From: the human T2T-CHM13v2.0 reference genome, Homo sapiens
Reading direction: 5' to 3' (one strand)
Length of the DNA stretch: 64,000 nt
Assembly: GCF_009914755.1 (NCBI RefSeq)
Contig: NC_060926.1
Made by a program: the position numbers and the translations under genes
Notes under the pieces: model-generated
What the model was told of the DNA's origin: nothing
What the model saw: only the letters and a program-made list of their open reading frames with translations
The model's database searches: none
In this document: positions 49,213 through 63,263 of the stretch, one piece after another
How the letters are laid out: every line of letters starts with the position of its first letter
Numbering within the stretch: position 1 is the first letter of the stretch

Positions 49213-49524
49213 TCATCTCTGTGACAAGTCATCCTCTGTTGATAAAAGAATAAAAAGCTTTTGGAGTAAGTGTTCATGCAGAACACCCCTGCATGGATTC
49301 CTGGAATGGTTAGGGCTACTTCTTCTTTGCATTCGATAAAGAATATTGAGGCGCCATTGGCGTGAAGGTAGCGGATGATTCAGCCATGATTTACGTCTCG
49401 GGTGATATGGGCGATTGATGAAAAGGCGGTTGAGGCGTCTGGTGAGTAGTGCATGGCTAGGAATAGTCCTGTGGTGATTTGGAGGATCAGGCAGGCGCCA
49501 AGGAGTGAGCCGAAGTTTCATCAT
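49213..49524 (-). CDS. Hypothetical 103-aa chimeric ORF: 63 codons of CYTB alternative frame plus 40 nuclear codons; expression unknown
   Basis: ORF track [25 protein letters not shown]|[11 protein letters not shown]..; open across the NUMT junction. Confidence 0.15.
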   Translation of the reverse strand: MMKLRLTPWRLPDPPNHHRTIPSHALLTRRLNRLFINRPYHPRRKSWLNHPLPSRQWRLNILYRMQRRSSPNHSRNPCRGVLHEHLLQKLFILLSTEDDLSQR

Positions 49525-49580
49525 GCGGAGATGTTGGATGGGGTGGGGAGGTCGATAAATGAGTGGTTAATTAATTTTAT
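49335..49580 (-). pseudogene. MT-CYB: NUMT: 246-bp MT-CYB fragment (codons 11-92, ~m.14777-15022)
   Basis: Minus strand reads [60 protein letters not shown] in the mitochondrial code; 4 differences from rCRS as recalled; ATTC duplicated at 49331-49334 and 49581-49584. Confidence 0.98.
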
Positions 49581-49784
49581 ATTCCATCAATAAGCTAAAT
49601 GCAGTGAAGATAAAAAGTGAGAGGCTATGACAAAGAATCCTCTGTGGTCCATTGTGTGAATGATTTATAAATAATAGATGATGTTTATAATGATGCTGTC
49701 AGGTCAAAAACTGTGAAAACCAGAGTAGTAAAGAAGATTGCCTGAGGGGTAGGATCATTACTCATGATATAATTGTTTTGTTCT

Positions 49785-49863
49785 TTTATTTAGTAATTCT
49801 TTTATTTAGTAATAAAAGTAATTTTATTTAGTAATTTATTTAGTAATTTTATTTAGTAATTTT
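49785..49863. repeat. AT-rich minisatellite (TTTATTTAGTAAT) x~5
   Basis: Directly visible. Confidence 0.85.
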
Positions 49864-49930
49864 GCAGAAATCAGCCATGTTACACCACCCTAGAGATTCA
49901 GGATTCAGCCCCCTATATGTCAAAACTGAC

Positions 49931-50229
49931 TTTTTTTTTTTGAGACATGGTCTGTCTCTGTTACTTAGGCCAGAGTGCAGTGGTGTGAACATGGCTCACT
50001 GCAGCCTCAATCTCCTAGGTTCAAGTGATCCTCTCACCTCAGCCTCCAGAGTATATGGGACTACAGGTGAACATCATCATGCCTGGCTAATTTTTTTACC
50101 TTTTTAATTTTGTAGAGATGAGGGGCTCTCCATGTTGTCCTGGCTGGTCGTGAACTCCTGAACTCAAGTGACTTCCTGCCTCAGCCTCCCAAAATTTGAG
50201 ATTACAGGTGTGAGCTACCACACCCAGCC
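49931..50229 (-). mobile_element. AluJ
   Basis: TSD AAACTGACTTTT on both sides. Confidence 0.9.
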
Positions 50230-50512
50230 CAAACTGACTTTATTAGATAGATACAGATGTTGACAAATCAGCAGTGATCAGAAACTTTTTCAATAAGGTA
50301 AGATTTGATGATACATACATATGTCCCTTGTTCTTCAGACCTGCATTACAGGTATAAATCTAATATTATAATTAATTCAAAGGAAATATTAAATTATGTG
50401 TATTTTATGTCATAAAGTAAGTTTTTGAGCTTGGGTCAAAGAAATATTCAAACTTCTATTGTAGTCTACATATTTAAACTATGAGAAAACTAACATCGAA
50501 AGTCAGGGAATT

Positions 50513-50640
50513 GTCTGGGCGCGGTGTTTCTCTCCTGTAATCCCAGCACTTTGGGTGGCTGAGGTGGGATGATCACTTGAGCCCAGGAGTTTGACACTAG
50601 CCTGGGCAACATAGTGAGACCCTATCTCTATAAAAAAAAT
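50513..50640 (+). mobile_element. FLAM
   Basis: Single Alu monomer with A-tail. Confidence 0.82.
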
Positions 50641-50964
50641 AATGTTAGGGAGTATGTCTGAAGCTGCACACAGCAGAAAATTCATAGTATCAAATGCTTG
50701 GAAAAATCAAAATAAGAAAGTTAGATATTCAATAAACTAGGAAAAAACAATAAAGCAACTGTGAAAACTAGGATAATGTATTAGTTTTTAAAAAGCGAAA
50801 ATGTATTCCTTGAAACACTTTAGGACTTGATTTGTTTAACATATATTTTTTGTTTGCCTTCCCTGACTATTCATACACAAAAATACTGTATCTGCGGGAG
50901 TGCCAAGTGACTGTCTTTAAAGGGAGGATATGATTTTGGAGTTATGTGTAATTTGAGACTTTTG

Positions 50965-51048
50965 AATGAAATAGGTGATCTGTCTTTAATGATCTAGATG
51001 ATCATCTGTCTCTAATGAAATAGATGATCTGTCTTTAATGATCCAGAT
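50965..51048. repeat. Local imperfect tandem duplication
   Basis: AATGAAATAG(G/A)TGATCTGTCTTTAATGATC(T/C)AGAT occurs twice. Confidence 0.85.
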
Positions 51049-51078
51049 TTGTTTTTGTTGCAGTTAAAAAAGAGATGA

Positions 51079-51410
<332 letters not shown>

Positions 51411-51990
51411 CTACTCAACCATTGTTGGACTTTACTCAAACATTGTTGGACTATGCTTTGAAACTAAGAAGACAGACAACACTCCATTAAACGAACAGAG
51501 TATTCTCAATGTTCATAGTCATACTTCAGTTTTACTCCTCAGATACTGAATTTCCCTACTAAAAGCTAACCATTTTTTGATAGAATAGTTTCTATATATT
51601 CCCCTGGCAGCACAATATGATACCACTTTGACCCCTGTTTTTCCTTCTTAACGATATATCTTGGAAGATAATTCCATATGAGTACATAAATAGCCTCTTG
51701 CATTCTTTTTATGGTTGCATAGTATTCCATCTTGATAGGTCAAGTTTTTGCTCATTTCTCTTCATTTTCATACTTACTTTTCAATGTGGCTTAGAATCCG
51801 CTTGTTTAATTAAAAATCCTTTTGGAATTTAAAGTTGAGAGTATGCTAAATTTAGGTTAATTTATAAATACTTGACATCTTTATGATGCTTTGTCTTCCA
51901 AGCCAAGCACGTGATATTTCTCCATATGTTTAAGTCTTTTTAACCTCAATGAACATTTTATAGTTTTTGTATATTTTTAATACAGTTCTT

Positions 51991-52280
<290 letters not shown>

Positions 52281-52779
52281 AATACAGTTCTTAGATTTGT
52301 TTCTACATAAATAATCTCTTCTGTTATTGTTTTAAATGATCTCTTTCTTTCCAATATATCTGCTAATTGGCTGTTTGACTGTTGAAGGCTATTAATAACT
52401 ATAGATTAGTTTTGAGCCTACCCACTTTAGAGAATTATTTTATTGTTTGTGATGTTTCTTTTAACCTTTTTGGTTCTCCAAGTATTACAATTATATCATT
52501 TATAATTAAATGACTCTTTTACTTTCTCTCCTGTCTAATTGAATTGGCTAATACCTACTAAAATAATATTAAAAACTAATGAGCATAGCGAAAATCCTTG
52601 TCTTATTCATTTTTTTCTTTTTCCTAAGTAGATTGTGGTTGGAATCATTTATGTAAATCTTCTCTTGATTGTAAGGGATGCTCCTAATAAGGAAATGCTA
52701 TAATTAGAACAGTGATAGTAGGACAAATGGGCAACCGGAGACTCACCAGGCTTTCCCAGCTCAGTCATGAGGTATCAGT

Positions 52780-54150
52780 AAAGCAGTGTAGGATACCAGG
52801 TTGGGCCAAAGGATGAAAAGGGGTCCATACACTGAACAAGAAACTAGTAGAGACAGGCATGCTTAAAGAGACTCTTCCACCCTATAGCACCACTAGGTGG
52901 CTGGTGAAAAAGCCAATGGTATTTGATGCCTCATTGTGGGTTGCCTCAAGCTCTTTGCTGCAGCGGTCCTCCTTGTCCCTGCCCTGCCAGGTGTAATAAT
53001 CACAGAGTCCATTGGGTGGACTGGGGAGCCTGGCTCATGCTGGTGGACATACTAATGTTTTCTTCAGATTCTACTGCATCCTTACGATCAGACACTGTTT
53101 GACTTCATGGGACTTGGATTACAACTCATATTCAATATGCGCCTTAAAACGACTTTAAATCTCTCTTGATTTTTCACCATTGAATAGGCTGAGACACAGG
53201 AAACAATCAAACCATTACAAGAGCTGTCTTGCTACCATTACAAGAACGGCATAATTCTTACTGTTAGAGATAGGGACAGCATACTATCTGTCCTAGATAA
53301 ATAGTCAACTGTCTGAGTTTTGGCTTAAAAGCCTCCCGAAAACCCAAATTTTGCAGTGCCTATGGTAAACTTTTTCAGTATTTTGGATGTGCTTCTTACC
53401 TCATGTAGGGATTCTCCTCAGCCCAGCCATTAGATTACTGGAAAGGCATCCACTGTGACCAGCAACATGCCTTAGAAACTCTCTAATGATCGGTACAGAC
53501 TCCTTCAGACTGGCCAGTCACCTGGACAGCATGTTTCAGTGATGGCATTTTATAGAACAGAACCCATGGGAAAAACATGTGGCCATGAGGCAATGATGCC
53601 CTTTGGAATTTGTTAGTAGCACTTTCCTGACACCACCATCTCATTTCAGAGAGTATTCCTTGCTTTTTAATGGGGGTTGGTAGACACAGAGTAACATAGG
53701 CAGAGCTTAAGCTCTGTTTTCCTTATCATTCGATGAATCCCAAATGAGAACCCCAACAAAGTGGCTGGCTCAAGAAACACCCATTTTTAAGTGAAAGTGG
53801 TGTATGCATGGAAGAAGTAAACCAGGTATTAAAGGCATCTCAGAGGTAAAGGGAAAACATCTAATTACCCTCTCTTTGCATGTTTTGGAGCCAAGGACTC
53901 AGCTTTCCTGATGGCTTCAATACCCCCAGGTTCCTGAGGATACCTGGTTCTGGTTGTAGATGCATCAGCTAAGTTAAAGGCAGTTCATATACAAGGGGTT
54001 GCCAAACCTGTACAGCACCAAAAATCAATCCTTGCATCTCTAGTTGGAATCTACAATCTGTTAAATGGGTAGAGAATGAGCACTGTGGTGCTTGCCCTGG
54101 AGAAACAGTCCCCCAAATGAACCTTGTTACATTTTGATAGGTTCCTGGAC
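52780..54150 (+). mobile_element. Highly decayed class III (ERV-L-like) pol relic
   Basis: Manual translation with frameshifts: PYSTTRWLVKKP-NG, VPALP, AWLMLVDI-NVFF-ILLHPYDQTLF, IFHH, later WGLVDTE and VDASA, in ERV-L RT/connection/RNase H order. Confidence 0.7.
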
Positions 54151-55769
54151 AGGTACCCTCCTTGTCTTATTTTTATTTTCGTTTCACACTATTAGGCCTT
54201 TCTGGCATTATTCCTGACTCTAATAGGATTGCCTTTAGTCCTGACATGTTGGCTTTGGGATTGAAATAGAACTATACATATATGGCTAATATAAATAAGT
54301 ATAATATTTAAATAGTATAACATATAACAAATATAAATACATCACTATATAATGTATTCTGGAAATATCTACCTATTTCTATTTCAGTATTTAGGATAGT
54401 TGTCATATAAGTTTCCTGCTTAGATATTTTAATATGGTGAGTTGTAACACACTATGCATTTCCAGAATAAACCCTACTTGGTTTCCATGAATCTATGCAT
54501 AAAAAATACAAGCTTACCCTTAAAATATCCTTCACAGAATGACTGTAGCAGACACTATTTATCTACTTGCCTACTGTAACCCATTCCTTATTCCTTTCCC
54601 CCTTCTATTAAATTCCAATTTGTGAGGTGTTATACGCATTGCTGTAAATGGCCATCTGTTTCATTAAGCCAAACATTATCAATTATGTTTCTTGACCAGT
54701 AATTGAATCAGGATGCATTAGTCTGCTAAAGATGTGTAGTGCTCAAGAAGGCATTCATCTCACCCCATTACATGTAGTTAGGAAGACAGTGGATAAAGAT
54801 ATCATCTTGGAGAGTAAAACCAGAAGTCCAGGTGGACAGGGGACAAGAGAGATCCTCCCAGGAAACAGACTCACAGAGTGACAGTTGGGTCACCAAAGGG
54901 GGACTCTCTCTGTTGCTATGATAAGGTTTCCTTGCATTTCTGTCCAGCAGGATATGTAAAATAGGCACTATCAATTAGTGATTACTGTACTCTGTTCCCT
55001 CTCTGTCTTCCTTTAGTTAAAAGAAAGATTACTTTCATGGATTTTTCTTCCTTACTATGGGATACTACACAATAAAGGCAAAAAAAAAAAAAAAAGGCTG
55101 GATTGTCTGTAGAGAATTTAAAAACAATAATAAAATTGACTAAAGTCTATCTGGTTTTGATGATCACCATATGCCAGGCATTCTGAACAATGTCAGTGAT
55201 AAAAATATCATTTTCCACCAGGGTGGACAGCACCTACTGGCATCTTCCTTCATATTTCACTTTTGATAACATCATGAAATTAATGCTGAATTAATTGCCA
55301 GATTAACCTAGCCTGGGGCTTTTGTATGTTGGGACTTCTTGTTATGTGAAGTATTATTGCTAAAGCCACTTTGAGTCAAGTTTTCTGTTACTCCTCTAGG
55401 AGGCCTTACTTGATCCTCTGCGAGGGAGCTAATCTGTATTATCATCCTCTATGCTAACACTATAGCTTTTCTATACCTCTTTGGTCACACTTGTTTGTAA
55501 TTTTTTATTTGGTGTTCCAATGATATTTTGAAGTCCTTGAGGTCATACAATTTATCTTATTCATATTTATCTTCCTAGGACAATACATGTCATACTGGTT
55601 GCTCAATAACTTACTGTCTCCTGAATATATCTGTAGCCTTATCTGGCTAGTGTTATGCAGTCATCAGTGTTAGCATGTTGCTTTTTTGGAATACTCATGC
55701 TGCAGTGTGGACAACAGAAATTTAATAAGACTTAATAACTATATATTTGCTTTGTATTCCTCAGACTAG

Positions 55770-56178
<409 letters not shown>

Positions 56179-56888
56179 TGAGGGTGTAAGAAGTCTCCTA
56201 AATATAAATACAACAAAACCTTTTTAAAAGAAACGTACACTTTCCCTAAATCAGAGCTTAGAATTTGTTAGTCTCCTGTGTTATGGCTGAGAATCCACTA
56301 GATGGTACTATTACATAAGTGATCATAATGAAAACAATACACTGAAATTTTCTTCTCTGTTAACTGCTTACTGAAATATTTTGTTTTTCATTTCAAACTG
56401 TAGCAGCTTGATTAATGATGTAACTTGGTCTAGCGTGAGGAAGTAAATTGTCATTATTAAGATTTATGATAAACTCCTTGCAAAATAAATGAGTAAGGCA
56501 ATCAATTAACAGTCATCTAGTAAATTATGTGCATAAACTATTGTGAACTACATGTTATATTTGAAAACTGAGCTCCTTTCAGAAAAAACTCTGGTGTTTA
56601 TGAGAATGAAATTGTATTTGGTGTGGATTTGAAATTTCCTGCTCTGTAGATGGCAATTTATTGACTATTTGGTGTTTACAAAGTTTTTCCAGGAAATCAA
56701 CCACTAATCTGGGAAAGTCTAAGCATTACACATTATGCAATTAGAAGATTTGGCTTAGTGGAGCAGCAACATGGAAGCCTCCTTGTCATATTTTCATCAG
56801 TATCATGTTCTAGATCTACCTTGGAATATCCTTGGAAGAATCCTTGGAACTAATTCAAGATGAACATGCTACATATAGAATTCTCTTC

Positions 56889-57032
<144 letters not shown>

Positions 57033-57239
57033 TTACTTTATAGTTTCATTATAACAGAATCTACAAATCACTAAAGTAATGAACATATGGAGAATTCAGA
57101 GGCTTGAATGTAAGGGATAATTCTATACTTGTATTAAAAGCAGCAATTATACATATCAGCACCAAAGTCACTACAGTTATTTAAGTACTAGGAAATGTAC
57201 CCTAATGATGAGCTAATATTGCATTTTTTTCTTTAAGCT

Positions 57240-57385
57240 CTTTTTATTTTTCTATTTTTAGGTACAGGGTCTTGCTCTGTTGCCCAGGCTGCCGTGCAGT
57301 GATATGATCATAACTCACTGCAGCCTCAAACTCCTGGGGTCAGGCAATCTTCCTGACTTGGCTTCCCAAAGCACCACACACAGCC
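57240..57385 (-). mobile_element. Alu monomer (FRAM/AluJ fragment)
   Basis: ACAGGGTCTTGCTCTGTTGCCCAGGCT..CACTGCAGCCTCAAACTCC. Confidence 0.75.
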
Positions 57386-57416
57386 CCCTTTCTTTAAGCT
57401 GTTAAATTCCTCTAAC

Positions 57417-57910
57417 TAGGAGTTCTTAACCTCGTCCATGAATCCCTTGAGTGTTCATGGATTAGAAACAGGGGTCCAGCAGCTTTAAGTGGAAGAATTC
57501 CACTTATTCTAATTGATATCCATCATTTCCTTTGGTTGTGAATGTAGACAATACACCGTGGAAGTATTATTAGTACCAGTGCTTTTAACATCAACAGAAA
57601 TCATAGACATTTACATGACATATTACATTTCTTGCAGCATCTCGAAATATCTTTCCTGTTAATCATACTTTAAAGTTATGATGGTCTGGTTCTTTGCTGA
57701 ATTTTCTTATTAATATGTTAATAAATAAAAAATGCATTATTCTGTAATAGTTTAGAAATGATTTGACTACCATATTTCAGTGTAATTGTTTCCTTTCTAA
57801 TCTTGTACATTACTTTATGCAATTGAAAATATCATTCTGACAAGGGTTCATAAGTTTCACACCAAACCACCATGGAGATACATAATAGAAAAATGTTCAG
57901 AAAATTTGCT
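57417..57910. mobile_element. hAT-Charlie-like DNA transposon fossil
   Basis: TAGGAGTTCTTAACCT..GTCCATG start and degenerate inverse end; family uncertain. Confidence 0.45.
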
Positions 57911-58554
57911 CTAAGTCATATTTTGAGATAGAACATTCTGGCTAAGCTAAGCATTGCTCCTCTTCCTTAAAAAAAATGTAGCATCCTTTGGAAGGTGCCA
58001 TCCAAGGGCGTGACTGACCTAGACGGTAGATGACCTTGAATAGAATCTGTGATGATTCTCCCATTTAGCTACAGGAGTGAATTTAGAAGGTGATTATTTC
58101 AAATAAGACAATATTCAGGATTTCTAAATTTATCAGCAAAATAAAGCTTTTTAAATGCAGAGCAGTTGACTTTCAACTTTGTGTAGCAAATGAGATTGAG
58201 AATTGAACTAAAAAGGCAGGAATCTTATTTCTTAGTATTCACTTCCCCTAAAGCAATTCAAAGTTTGAGGGGCTAGACTGAAGTTAACCTCTCCATTAAC
58301 TTACAGGTCCAGGTAACTTCAAGAAGCTAAGAAACATCAAAAAAAATTTCTACCAGGAATAGAGTCAAAAGTTTGTTCAGTAAAATACAGTCACGCCCTG
58401 CATAAAGATGTTTCAGTCATCAACGGACCACATATATGATGGTGGTCTCATAAGATTATCGTGGAGCTGAAGCATTCCTATTGCTTAGTGATGACAGGCC
58501 TAGACTAATGTGTGAGCTTATATTTTATTTTTTAAGAAAAATATTTATTTATTT

Positions 58555-58844
58555 TTATGTTTTAATTTTTCTTGAGACAGAGTCTCACTCTGTCACCCAG
58601 GCTGGAGTGCAGCAGTGTGATCTTGGCTCACTGCAACCTCTGCCAAGCGATTCTCATGCCTCAGCCTCCCGAGTAGGTGGGATTACACGTGCCCACCACC
58701 ACACCCAGCTAATTTTTGTATTTTTAGTAGAGATGGGGTTTCACCATGTTTGCCAGGCTGGTCTCAAACTCCAGACATCGGGTGATCCTCCCGCTTCAGC
58801 CTCCCAAAGTGCTGGGATTACAGGTGTGAGCCACCATGCTCGGC
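58555..58844 (-). mobile_element. AluS
   Basis: Dimeric Alu with small deletion; ATTTTTTAAGAAAAA on both sides. Confidence 0.9.
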
Positions 58845-59034
58845 TAATTTTTTAAGAAAAAATTTTAAAAGTAAATTTTTTTTCTTGAATACAAAAATAC
58901 TTATAGAATACTGCTGTACAATATGTTTGTATATTAAGCTGTTATTACAAAGGAGTCAAAAGTTATAAAAATTAAAAATTTTATAAAGTTAAAAAGTTAC
59001 AGTAAGCTAAGGTTAATTTATGATTGAAAAATTG

Positions 59035-59342
59035 TTTTTTTGTTTTTTTGGGTTTTTTTTTTGAGACAGAGTCTTGCTCTGTCACCCAGGCTGGAGTGCA
59101 GTGGCACCATCTCGCCTCACTGCAAGCTCTGCCTCCTGGGTTCACATCATTCTCCTGCCTCAGCCTCCCAAGAGCTGGGACTACAGGCACCCACCACCAC
59201 GCTCGGCTAATTTTTTGTGTTTTTAGTAGAGATGGGGTTTCACTGTGTTAGCCAGGATGGTCTTGATCTCCTGACCTCGTGATCCACCCACCTCAGCCTC
59301 CCAAAGTACTGGGATTACAGGCATGAGCCACCGCATCCGGGC
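59035..59342 (-). mobile_element. AluY
   Basis: GCAAGCTCTGCC, GTGTTAGCCAGGATGG, GACCTCGTGATCC. Confidence 0.92.
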
Positions 59343-59366
59343 TGAAAAAATGTTTTTATAAATTCA

Positions 59367-59766
<400 letters not shown>

Positions 59767-61111
59767 TCACATTCATTCTCCAGTCACTGACTCACCCAGA
59801 ACAACTTCCAGTCCTACAAGCTCCATGCGTGGTAAGTGCCCTACACAGGGGTAGTATTTTTAAATCTTTTATAATTTATACTGCACATTTTCTATGTTTA
59901 GATATATTTAGATACACAAATACTTGCCAGTGTGTTACAAATGCCTACAACATTCAGTAGAGTAACATGCTGTACAGGTATGTAGCCTAGGAGCAATAGT
60001 TTATACCACATAGCCCAAGCATGTAGTAGGCTATACCATCTAGGTTTGTTACATTCTATGATGTTCACACAATGATGAAATAGCCTAACAACACAGTTCT
60101 CAAAACATATCGCTGTTGATAAGCAATGCATGATTGTATAAGACAATATCCTAAAAATATAAAAAGACACTGAGAAAACCAGGCCATAATCAATTACACT
60201 ATTAACTTCAAATTACTGGAATGTTGTAGAATCATCAGTAAATATTGTCTTGGTAGACATACTGCTGATAGACATTGCAACAATTATCTGTGACTAAAAC
60301 TTTAAATATGTGTTTCATTAAACATTGCCCACATCTCATTCCAATTTAACTATGAACCTCGGCAAAGATTTCTATGATCAATGTGTTCTCTTGGTTCTCT
60401 CTCTTTCTTGCTAAAAATGCCAGTTTAGATAGAACAATGTATTTAAAGGGAAATTTGAAAACTTAGGGGAGTTGACGGAGGAAAGAAGGGAGCTTTATGA
60501 TTTGTCTACTTGGTAGAAAACACTGCGTTACTTTTTCTTGATCTTGTAAAGACATTAATAATTTATTTATTTGTTAAATGTGATTGTCTCTGTTTTCAAA
60601 AAAAGGCTTATGGTGCCAAGTTCTCATTTTGTACAGTTCACCAGTGGGAAAGTTAGAGCTTCTGGGTGTGGGGTCAGTGCCCTTCATCCAGAAGGATTTA
60701 TTGCTGGAGAAATCCAGGCATGAACACTTAGGGCAAGCTTGAGCTTATTGTAATGTAGGGGCCTCCTGTGAACCGTGGTTCATTTGCATGTGGAAAATCA
60801 CCAGGTTTCCTGCTAGGTCCCTGAACTCTCTCCTTCTGCTCCACTAATGGCTCATGCTCTAGGCATGTTTCTGCCCCTTCAAGCATTACCTTTATTTTTC
60901 TTTGCAGCTTCTCTCCTCAGTCTCTGAGACACTCTTCTAATAATGCACCTCAGAGTTACTGGTAACATATTTACTCCACTCTTCTTGCTCAGTCCTTGAA
61001 ATTCTGCATTACATTGATCAGAATTGATCAGAAACTCAGAAAAGAGTTTTCCGCCTCTTATTCTATATTGCCAAGTTAGTACCTTTCCAAGTTAGTTATC
61101 TAGTCCCTAGT

Positions 61112-61123
61112 TCTATCTATCTG

Positions 61124-61161
<38 letters not shown>

Positions 61162-61286
61162 ATCTCTATCTATATCTATCTATATCTATCTCCATCTATC
61201 CTATTTATCATCTATCTATTCATCCTATCTATCATCTATCTATCTATCATCTATTCATCCTATCTATCATCTATCTATCTATCTAT
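61112..61286. repeat. Compound (CTAT)n/GATA STR
   Basis: Directly visible. Confidence 0.97.
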
Positions 61287-61701
61287 GGCTATACACCATG
61301 AAACTAATTTTCTATTATGGGTTAAAGTTTCTATCTTTTCACATTAGGTTAGAGTTGTGCCAATCACCATTTTCTCATTAATCTTTTTTTCTTTTAATTC
61401 AATACTAAATGCAATATCAGCCAACTTGTCACTGAGATTATGCCATTTTAATCCCTGAATCTCAGTGCCTCCCTGCTTTCCTCCTCATCAATGCTTCAGA
61501 TGCAGTCAGCATTTTGTCAATATAATTTTGTTCTCATATCCCAAGATATGTTTTCTTATTCTCTCTGCACCTCCTGGAAGTCTGTTCCTCATTTCATCTG
61601 AAAGCCATGCTTCAATCTTTCTCCACTATTTCCCTTCTTTAATGCTTTAAAAACATCACCTCATATCCTGGATTTTATTCCATACCTTTTATAGCTCATT
61701 C

Positions 61702-62007
<306 letters not shown>

Positions 62008-62406
62008 TCATTCTTAATTATTTAGAAAATGTGGGCTATTAAGCCTCAACCAACTGGCATATCCCCAGTCAGTGCTAACACTTCTGTTACATACAGATGA
62101 GGATTCACAATTGCAAACATCTCAAAAAAGAATTAAGGTACCTACACGTGCTTGCATGGTGGGTTCTTTATGTGCAACTGGTTCTAGCCCATGAAATATT
62201 TTATCAAAGCTACAAAGGTGATCTCAGAAGCTAGAGTTTTATCTTGTGGGGTTGAGTTATAGACCACATCCTCTGGACTGGCCAGTAATGAATCATTCTT
62301 TTCATACATTCTTAATCTATAACAGCTTCTCTACCTCCAATTAGAAAAATAATTTGACAGGAAAAAGATACAGAATTTTGGGAAAAGTTTGGCGAAAGCA
62401 TATAAT

Positions 62407-63263
62407 CAAGGCTGGTTACACAACTTGCTGAACCCAGTGTAAGATGAAAATGCAGGGCCCTTGTTTAAAAATAAAAAAACTTTCCCTTTTCTTCCACAAT
62501 CTCTCTTGGTCTGTCACAGTGTCTTTTATTTGCTACTTCATGTTGTACTGCCTCAGGCACGGGGACACTTGAGGGACGCCATCCTGTGACTTATGCTTGT
62601 GCCCACCAGCTGCCGGGGTCCCCCTCCCACTAGCGCCAAACCACTGAGAGAAATCTGTTTCCCTTTCCTCTGGAACATTTGCTTTAACCAACAGTGGACA
62701 GGTGATCCCCAAGGGATTGCAACCTCCTCACCATGATACATAAGGTACCTGGATTGGGTTAGGCAAAAGCCTAGCCCCCCACCACATCTCCTACTAAGTG
62801 TGCTGTGGAGCTGCCAGCCCAGAAAGAGGACCTGGCCACTGCCATGTCCCTCCCTGACATATGGGCAAGTGCGTTCTCATATGCATGACTCTGAAGGCTC
62901 CTCATGCCCATACCCAGGCCTCCACTGCAGGTGGAGGGTGGCAGCACTAGCTGAGTGGTGATGGGAATGGAAATGGAGGGTTGGGTGGGGCTCAGAGCAC
63001 CCTGGAGATAAGAGCCTGGCAGGCCAGAGTCTGTCCCAGGAAGGCAGTGGGAGGCAGGACTGCTCTGGAGCCAAGGCTTCAAGTCCTCTGGCACATGCTC
63101 GATTGTGCCATCAGACTTTACTTACAAAAAAACGAATTGGAAGATAACATTGGTAAGAATTTTAAGACAAAGACTGCAGCGCATTAAACCCCAAACGAGA
63201 GGCTGTTATGAATGGGAATCCCTGGGCGGCTGCACTGGCAACTGGCCCAGGAAGCAGCCCCTG
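62407..63263. mobile_element. MER45-like hAT (Tip100) element
   Basis: CAAGGCTG..CCCAGTGTAAGATGAAAATGCAGGGCCCTTGTTTAAAA start and GCAGCCCCTG end; GC-richer interior. Confidence 0.65.

Noticed and set aside
49335-49580. mtDNA contamination or misassembly
   Set aside because: A 4-bp TSD and four differences from recalled rCRS favour a real insertion; read-level confirmation is still needed.
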